Positions 56,140 through 64,000 of a stretch of 64,000 bases of DNA are shown here, piece after piece. The notes under the pieces are model-generated. The model was not told the DNA's origin. It made no database searches and saw nothing but the letters and a program-made list of their open reading frames with translations. Numbering within the stretch: position 1 is the stretch's first letter; every line of letters begins with the position of its first letter. Position numbers and translations under genes: made by a program. Source of the DNA: Lytechinus pictus (Eukaryota); NCBI RefSeq assembly GCF_037042905.1, contig NC_087245.1, positions 17,238,001-17,302,000 of the forward strand. The letters run 5' to 3'.

Positions 56140-57873
56140 TCACTCTTGTGACTCCCGGAAGATGTAGAGTCTGTCTGGTGTACAGAAAGCTATCTCCCCA
56201 CTCTTGAATGTTTGGAGAAAGTACCAGTTTCTTTCCGGGATTTGAAAGTGGAAGTCGCTGATGATGGTTTTCATCGTTTTGAGCTCGCTTGTGTATAGGT
56301 AGATTTTTGCAACACCTTCCTCATGGTTGACCCATGCAATGAGAACCGTGTCATCAGTGCACAAACATGGGAATCCAGAGAGGTCTTCTTTGGTGACGCT
56401 ATGCAGGATGGTTCCTGATAAACTGTTGATCACCTTTATGGTATTCGAATCCTTTACCAAGATCCTGTTGCTTGTCGACGATGAGAAGATCTGCCGAGGT
56501 TCGTATCCATCACACTTTATCTTTCGGACTGGTATTCCACCTTCTGCATTATACATGTGTATCTCTTTTAGTTTCCTATAACCAATGAAAATGTGACCAT
56601 CTCGATCCTGGGAAAGGCCACCAGAACCACCCTCCTCATCATCCAAAGAAAAGAATGACAGGACCAGCTTCTTACATTTTCGTGTATAGAGAGTGATTTT
56701 GTTCTTTATGTTACGCACGATGTAGCAGCAATCTGACCTATATTGTAAACAACGAACTATAACATTTTTTAGAACTATGCCTTGAATTATACCATCAGCA
56801 GAATATGTGACTATTCCTCCCATATGGCAACCAACAGAGATGGTGTTGTTTGGAGATACAGCCAGAGTATTCATACTATTGGCTGATGGTAGCTGCTTTT
56901 CTGCTACCAATCTCCATATCTGTTTTCCTCGGCGAACGCAGCCCAAGAGATTTCTGGCCGTTCGGTTGTCGCTTTCAAAGTGAATGCGTTCACTTTGGTG
57001 AGTCAATCTTCTTAGCCCTTCCTGATCAGGTTCTGATTCCTTCAAAAGCCTTTCCAGCTCTTCACAAAGGGTTTCGTGTGCTTTCAGAGGAGAGGCTTTC
57101 TGCAGGAAACATTTTAAACCCCCTCTAACTAGCTCACTAGCCTTATTGATATATGTCACTTGCTGATTAGTGATCTTTTCCATTTCTAGTAATGACATTT
57201 TTATCTTCTTCAGTTCATTCTCAACTTTGCTCTTAAGGAGCTCCTTACGCTCCATCAGCTCTGCAACATATTTCTCAAAAGCTTGGTTGATGTCGTCATG
57301 GAGTTCCTTCTCTACCTTCTCACATGTTTCCCATTGTTCAGCTATACAGGCAATGTATTTTTCGATGTCACATATCTTTGTCGCTGCTTTTGCTAACAGT
57401 TCATCAACATTGCTTTTCACGGTATCTTTATGGCGTTCAGCTTCCATGACAGTGTGTCCCTCCTGCACATGCTCACCAATGCCACACTTGTAGCATATGT
57501 ACTTCCCGCAGTTGGCGCAGAAACATTCCTCGCCACCATCCAAATGTTCATCGCACGTACAGGGTCTCTTCAATGTAACGTCAGCTCGTTGCGATTCATT
57601 AATTTCTTTTTCACTCTCAGCCGTTACTACCGCTACCATAGACTGGATTGCTTTGCTCATCGGCAATCCACCAACGTCACCATCTGGAATTGGTGTGGTT
57701 TCTCGGCATACTGGACAGAAGATGTTTTGTTTATCCTGTTGAGAGTTGAGTAGAAACTCAAGACAACCCCTGCAGAAGGTATGCGAGCATGACAAAATTC
57801 GATGATCCTTCAGAAAGCCCAGGCAGATTGGACACTCTAGGTTCATACCAATAGATTCTCTGAGTGAAGCCAT
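56140..57873 (-). CDS. TRIM-family E3 ubiquitin ligase (RING C3HC4, B-box, coiled coil, putative NHL-like beta-propeller), 577 aa, single coding exon
   Basis: Open frame from MASLRESIG (ATG 57873, preceded by a cag acceptor at 57882-57884) to the stop at 56140. RING CPIC..CSHTFCRGC..CPVC; B-box CDEH..CANCGKYICYKC..EH..GH; heptad-rich helical middle; beta-strand-rich C-terminus. Confidence 0.9.
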   Translation of the reverse strand: MASLRESIGMNLECPICLGFLKDHRILSCSHTFCRGCLEFLLNSQQDKQNIFCPVCRETTPIPDGDVGGLPMSKAIQSMVAVVTAESEKEINESQRADVTLKRPCTCDEHLDGGEECFCANCGKYICYKCGIGEHVQEGHTVMEAERHKDTVKSNVDELLAKAATKICDIEKYIACIAEQWETCEKVEKELHDDINQAFEKYVAELMERKELLKSKVENELKKIKMSLLEMEKITNQQVTYINKASELVRGGLKCFLQKASPLKAHETLCEELERLLKESEPDQEGLRRLTHQSERIHFESDNRTARNLLGCVRRGKQIWRLVAEKQLPSANSMNTLAVSPNNTISVGCHMGGIVTYSADGIIQGIVLKNVIVRCLQYRSDCCYIVRNIKNKITLYTRKCKKLVLSFFSLDDEEGGSGGLSQDRDGHIFIGYRKLKEIHMYNAEGGIPVRKIKCDGYEPRQIFSSSTSNRILVKDSNTIKVINSLSGTILHSVTKEDLSGFPCLCTDDTVLIAWVNHEEGVAKIYLYTSELKTMKTIISDFHFQIPERNWYFLQTFKSGEIAFCTPDRLYIFRESQE

Positions 57874-59045
57874 CTTGTACCCTGGAACAGAGATTTCAAA
57901 CGATTTTAAAATAAAAAATAGAAAATACAAAAACGTACAGCGACGAAAAAGTAACTAACAAAACTTGTAGAATATAAAGAGAAAAAAGAAAGAGAAGGGT
58001 GAAATATGATATTATTTTCTGAATATTATGTCAATATCAATCACAACATTGGATTTTTATAATAAAGTGTCGATATTTTTGCTCGCTCGCGTCACTTGCT
58101 CGCAATTTTTTTGTTCATTATGCCACTGTGCTAAAACATCCAGTATTTCCAATGATTCCTTTGGATTATTCCCAAAACTGACCCCCTAAAAACAGCTAGA
58201 CTCGTTCCCAAAACTGACCGCATAAAACATATCCCATTCCCCGTAAAATCGGAAACACGCATGCGGTACAGATGACCATCTGTGTGGGGATTGGGGGAGG
58301 GGGTTGACCTAAATCTCATGTCTACCTTTTGGTAAGTAAGCTCGGTAGATCTACCCATATTACCAACATGATGCACAAGAGTTCCAGTGCGTTGAAACAT
58401 TGAGGAAAATACTTAAACATATTGATAGCATGCATGATAGAAAAACTGCAAAATAATCTGCCTTAACTATATAAAGAAAACACGCATTTGTGTTCAAGAC
58501 ACTCAATCTGGTGTAGCTTACCTAAAAGACTTCTTTTAGTCAAATGGGAGAAAAATCGAGTTAAAAATCCAACAATCAGCTTTTTCAACATTTGGGAATT
58601 TATAACTGCTCAGTCATGACACACAAATAAGTATGCTAACATTGATGAGTACGGATAGTAGAAGCCAACATGATTGCGCAATGTTTTTTGTTGTTTTGTT
58701 TTTTGTTAATTTGATGTTTTTGGTTTTCCAATGGCGGATGTGGATGATGAATGTGACAGTGACTCATGACCTACACTGTTTCCATTTCCTTCCTGACTTG
58801 GATCATTTCAGCACACTTTCCTGGGACGAAGAGAGTAGAGACCGTATGGATCAATAGAACCCATTGGTAGAAAACCTCTACACCTATGATATGATTAGTA
58901 TGAAAGGCGAGCTTAGAATCCCATTGTAGCACTAGAATCTTCGCCAAAATTGTAAACACCCCAACCTGGACCAAGGGGATGTTTCATTACATTAGTGTTT
59001 GGGAACTTCAACCAACTTTACGAATGACTGCAATATAGCAAGCCA

Positions 59046-60096
59046 CAGTGGCGTACCGTGGGTCACGGCATGGGGGGGGGGGACCAACAAAAAATTTGAG
59101 TCACTTTGATAATGCGAGCACGAGCTAAAAAAAAAATTATATTCAGACCTAAAAAGGGGACATTGTAAGCAAATTTTTGTCATCACCTGTCTCGCTAAAC
59201 AAACAATGCGAGCTCGAAGCGCGAGCTGAAATTTTTGTATATATTGACCACAAACGGGCATTTTAAGTACTATATTTTAGGAATATACATATCTCACCAT
59301 AGTCATCTAATGAGAGTGCCAAGTGCTTGCTGATTTTGTTAGAATTACATCTAAACACATGAAGCAATTGTAGTCATTGTTATCATGATTAACATACGCA
59401 TCTCACTAATCAAATATTGCGAGCGCGAGCTGAAAATTTAGGAAATTCAGATCCGAAGAGGGGCATTTTAAGGCCTTGTTTGTAGGAATTCACGAAGACC
59501 ATACGTATTTCACCAACCAACCAAATGATGCGAGCGCGAGCTGAAATTTTTGTATATATTGACCCCAAACAGGGATATTTTAAGGACTATTTTTAGGAAT
59601 TCATGAAAAGCAGACATATCTTACCAATCCACTAATGCGAACGTAATCACGGACAGGAATTTTGTTTATGTTAAGACCTTAAAATGGGGCAATCACTTTA
59701 AGTAGTCATGAAAAAGAAGTATTATGTCACTACATAAAACAATAATAACTCGAAGTGCGAGGAAATATATTTGGTGTATATTGACTTGAAAACGGGAGAT
59801 TTTATTACAACAGGATTATATATCTCGATAAACAGACAATGCGAGCACCAGGAAGCAATGAAGTCATAGGCCCTGAGCAAATTACGTTTCATAAAGTTAT
59901 GAAAAAAAATGTTTCTTACGTAAAATAATTATAATATAATATAACATCATAATGAACAATAATTTCTTCTTTCCCACTAGGTTTCTCTTCTTTTTCCCTC
60001 TTTTTCTCCTTTTCCCCGGTTTTTTTTTGGCCAGCCGATGGGGGGGGGGGGGGGGGGGGGCACGTGCCCCCTATGCCCCTCGTAATTACGCCACTG
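59046..60096 (-). mobile_element. Non-autonomous hAT-like element with GCGAGC..GCGAGC repeats (related to 48770-50947, opposite orientation)
   Basis: 8-bp TSD GCAAGCCA (59038-59045, 60097-60104); TIR CAGTGGCGTA / TACGCCACTG. Confidence 0.88.
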
Positions 60097-60359
60097 GCAA
60101 GCCAGTTGTGTTATAAGTTATGTACGGAAGTTGAAATTATTTTTATTATTAACACAGATTTTGTAGTTTAAATTGTGTAATTTGTTTGAAAATACATCAT
60201 AATTTCTTGTCAGGATGGCTTGCGTGTGAAGTCTGCGTTCGCGGAGCAGGGGTCACCGCACTATCAGAGATGGTTCTCAAAAGGCTGTGCTGTCTCATGT
60301 ACCAGTTGTTTAATTGTGTTAATGACATAAAACTTTCACAGAGGTAACTGGTTTGGAAT

Positions 60360-60883
60360 CCGGGGGGGGGGGCACTTCCATTGAAGAGTGGATACCATGC
60401 GCGACCATGGGGTCTCGAAAAGCACCCTAAACAAGTATGTTCCATATTCTGAAAATGCACCCCTTAACAAGTAATGGCGTGTGAAACCCTACCCTTAACA
60501 AGTATTGGAAACAAAACTATACCCTTTGCAAGTATTTCCTGAATTGAACCCCTAATATTTTAATTGTTATGTCACGGGCCCGTCGTGGCGGTCGTCAGTT
60601 TTATTTTATTTCATCTCGTGCAAATCGGACTCTAAATACGTAGTGTTGGGGCAAAAAGGACGTCCTTTATAAAACCTTTTAGTCTTTCTTATACCCTCGC
60701 AAATTTGACCCTAAACACGTAGCTTTCCTAGCGAAATAGATACCCTTTTTTTCATTATTTTAGTGTTTTTGACAGCCTTATTACGTTACGTACGTAACGT
60801 GCCCTATCTTGAAAAAGACATCTTTCTACGAGTTATTTTGGTCGCGCATGGTATCCACTCATCAATGTAAGTGGCCCCCCGGG
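60360..60883. mobile_element. MITE with ~45-bp TIR (second copy at ~62338-62862)
   Basis: GCACTTCCATTGAAGAGTGGATACCATGCGCGACCA / TGGTCGCGCATGGTATCCACTCATCAATGTAAGTG. Confidence 0.8.
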
Positions 60884-61044
60884 TTCGAAATACTACTCAA
60901 CGGTCTTTCGTGAAGAACACCCCCCCCCCCCCACGCCGGCTGCGAAATTATTTTTCCTTCGAACTTTTTGTTCATTGCACATCTGCACTATGATCATTTT
61001 ACAGATATCATAAATATTCATTAACATCTCTACCGATGATCGGC

Positions 61045-62082
61045 AAGATGGTCATTTTCCGTGATAATTTGTTTCTCGAAAATGATAGTTTCGACATTTT
61101 GAAACAAAATTGAGTACGCAGGCTCTTCACCGAGGTCGTAATTCATTTTGTCTTCACTTTAGTCCAATTCATGTGACGTGGGTAGACATGTGCATTTCCT
61201 GTGTGTTGTTCAGCTTGATGTATCGCGTGATTGTTTCCAATCATGGACTAGTTTAGTAGGTCCATGCCCCAATCAACAAACTTCAAATATACTTAAGATT
61301 TTTTTAATTGCAAATTACATTATCTCTTACAATGATATCTCTCTTTCTCTTTGTTTTAATTCTTTCTTCTTCTTTTTCTCCCATTGCCGCATACATGGCA
61401 TAGGCCTACATTCTCGCTTTCATATGGGTGTCGATCGGTGTTCGAGCATATATAGGGGGGGGGGGGTGACTGATAAACATATTGTTCTCTGTGAGGGATT
61501 TTTTAGGGGGTGGTCATTGGCTTTATGAATCTAAATTTCTTAGGGGGCAGACATGGCATGATGATTTTTGTTTAATGTTTATTGCTATTTGATGAAACTA
61601 TTCCTTTAAGAAACCATAAGAAACCTATGGATGGAGATAGAAAGTAAAAATCCAGGATAAATGGGAATGTTCATATTTATGTGGGGTTTTTTACATTATC
61701 TTTTCGAAATTAACCCCCTCCACAGCCCATCTCCATCGAGTATCGATCTCTGATTTATCTTTTTTTTTCAGTTTTCTTCATTCAGCTTCATGATGTAAAA
61801 TAGTTGAACATACAAAAGTTGATCGTTGATTTCCGCTCAACAACACACAAATGAGCATGCACATGCACTCACATCGCATTTTTAGTAGTAGATCTACATT
61901 GTTCAGTTGGACTAAAGACAAAATGAATTAGAACTCGGTGGTAAGTATACTCAATTTTGTTTCAAATTACGTCTTTGACGCTTGATCGAAATGTCATTTA
62001 AATCGTTATTATTAAATTCTTCGAAAATGTTTAAACTATCATTTTCGAGAGAATAATTAGCACGGAAAATCACCATCCTGCA
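61045..62082. mobile_element. Degenerate element with long inverted arms (second copy starts at ~63023)
   Basis: 61045-61166 pairs imperfectly with 61907-62082 (e.g. TAATTCATTTTGTCTT / AAGACAAAATGAATTA). Confidence 0.6.
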
Positions 62083-64000
62083 TGTATGTCTATATTTGTA
62101 AAGGGAAGTTGAAATTATTTTTATTATTAACACAGATTTTGTAGTTTAAATTGTGTAATTTGTTTGAAAATACATCATAATTTCTTGTCAGGATGGCTTG
62201 CGTGTGAAGTCTGCGTTCGCGGAGCAGGGGTCACCGCACTATCAGAGATGGTTCTCAAAAGGCTGTGCTGTCTCATGTACCAGTTGTTTAATTGTGTTAA
62301 TGACATAAAACTTTCACAGAGGTAACTGGTTTGGAATCCGGGGGGGGGGGGCACTTCCATTGAAGAGTGGATACCATGCGCGACCATGGGGTCTCGAAAA
62401 GCACCCTAAACAAGTATGTTCCATATTCTGAAAATGCACCCCTTAACAAGTAATGGCGTGTGAAACCCTACCCTTAACAAGTATTGGAAACAAAACTATA
62501 CCCTTTGCAAGTATTTCCTGAATTGAACCCCTAATATTTTAATTGTTATGTCACGGGCCCGTCGTGGCGGTCGTCAGTTTTATTTTATTTCATCTCGTGC
62601 AAATCGGACTCTAAATACGTAGTGTTGGGGCAAAAAGGACGTCCTTTATAAAACCTTTTAGTCTTTCTTATACCCTCGCAAATTTTACCCTAAACACGTA
62701 GCTTTCCTAGCGAAATAGATACCCTTTTTTTCATTATTTTAGTGTTTTTGACAGCCTTATTACGTTACGTACGTAACGTGCCCTATCTTGAAAAAGACAT
62801 CTTTCTACGAGTTATTTTGGTCGCGCATGGTATCCACTCATCAATGTAAGTGGCCCCCCGGGTTCGAAATACTACTCAACGGTCTTTCGTGAAGAACACC
62901 CCCCCCCCCCACGCCGGCTGCGAAATTATTTTTCCTTCGAACTTTTTGTTCATTGCACATCTGCACTATGATCATTTTACAGATATCATAAATATTCATT
63001 AACATCTCTACCGATGATCGGCAAGATGGTCATTTTCCGTGATAATTTGTTTCTCGAAAATGATAGTTTCGACATTTTGAAACAAAATTGAGTACGCAGG
63101 CTCTTCACCGAGGTCGTAATTCATTTTGTCTTCACTTTAGTCCAATTCATGTGACGTGGGTAGACATGTGCATTTCCTGTGTGTTGTTCAGCTTGATGTA
63201 TCGCGTGATTGTTTCCAATCATGGACTAGTTTAGTAGGTCCATGCCCCAATCAACAAACTTCAAATATACTTAAGATTTTTTTAATTGCAAATTACATTA
63301 TCTCTTACAATGATATCTCTCTTTCTCTTTGTTTTAATTCTTTCTTCTTCTTTTTCTCCCATTGCCGCATACATGGCATAGGCCTACATTCTCGCTTTCA
63401 TATGGGTGTCGATCGGTGTTCGAGCATATATAGGGGGGGGGGGTGACTGATAAACATATTGTTCTCTGTGAGGGATTTTTTAGGGGGTGGTCATTGGCTT
63501 TATGAATCTAAATTTCTTAGGGGGCAGACATGGCATGATGATTTTTGTTTAATGTTTATTGCTATTTGATGAAACTATTCCTTTAAGAAACCATAAGAAA
63601 CCTATGGATGGAGATAGAAAGTAAAAATCCAGGATAAATGGGAATGTTCATATTTATGTGGGGTTTTTTACATTATCTTTTCGAAATTAACCCCCTCCAC
63701 AGCCCATCTCCATCGAGTATCGATCTCTGATTTATCTTTTTTTTTTCAGTTTTCTTCATTCAGCTTCATGATGTAAAATAGTTGAACATACAAAAGTTGA
63801 TCGTTGATTTCCGCTCAACAACACACAAATGAGCATGCACATGCACTCACATCGCATTTTTAGTAGTAGATCTACATTGTTCAGTTGGACTAAAGACAAA
63901 ATGAATTAGAACTCGGTGGTAAGTATACTCAATTTTGTTTCAAATTACGTCTTTGACGCTTGATCGAAATGTCATTTAAATCGTTATTATTAAATTCTTC

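Larger units (their letters stand above)
60126..64000. repeat. Near-identical tandem duplication, 1978-bp unit (60126-62103; 62104 to window end)
   Basis: Identical ORF-track peptides are offset by 1978 nt; differences seen are mainly homopolymer lengths. Confidence 0.95.

Noticed and set aside
56327..57753. Plus-strand ORFs overlapping the TRIM gene
   Set aside because: Antisense shadows of a real coding frame, with no recognisable motifs.
57874..57930. N-terminal extension MYFLFFILKSFEISVPGYK of the 596-aa ORF
   Set aside because: It starts at a non-ATG codon and runs through a pyrimidine tract and splice acceptor; the real start is more likely ATG 57873.

Overview
AT-rich eukaryotic genomic DNA with GT-AG introns. 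The repeat repertoire and gene style suggest an invertebrate deuterostome, probably a sea urchin (inference). The minus strand of 1-43 kb carries VPS8 (CORVET subunit): I reconstructed 39 phase-consistent coding exons from ATG 39236 down to 1036 (4032 nt, 1344 codons), with the last exon(s) apparently left of the window. An intronless-CDS TRIM gene (RING, B-box, coiled coil, putative beta-propeller) lies at 56140-57873 on the minus strand. The rest is a dense and often nested set of non-autonomous DNA transposons (piggyBac-, Kolobok-, Harbinger-, hAT-, Tc1- and CACTA-like), a dead hAT transposase, an L2 LINE 3' end, a solo LTR, Penelope-like fragments with a degenerate hammerhead-ribozyme motif, and a 1978-bp tandem duplication at the right edge. 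The most unusual signal is a ~165-nt SINE-like insertion at 54358-54528 whose 5' end resembles the 7SL RNA/Alu domain rather than a tRNA. Family assignments come from termini and TSD patterns read by eye; no database searches were run.
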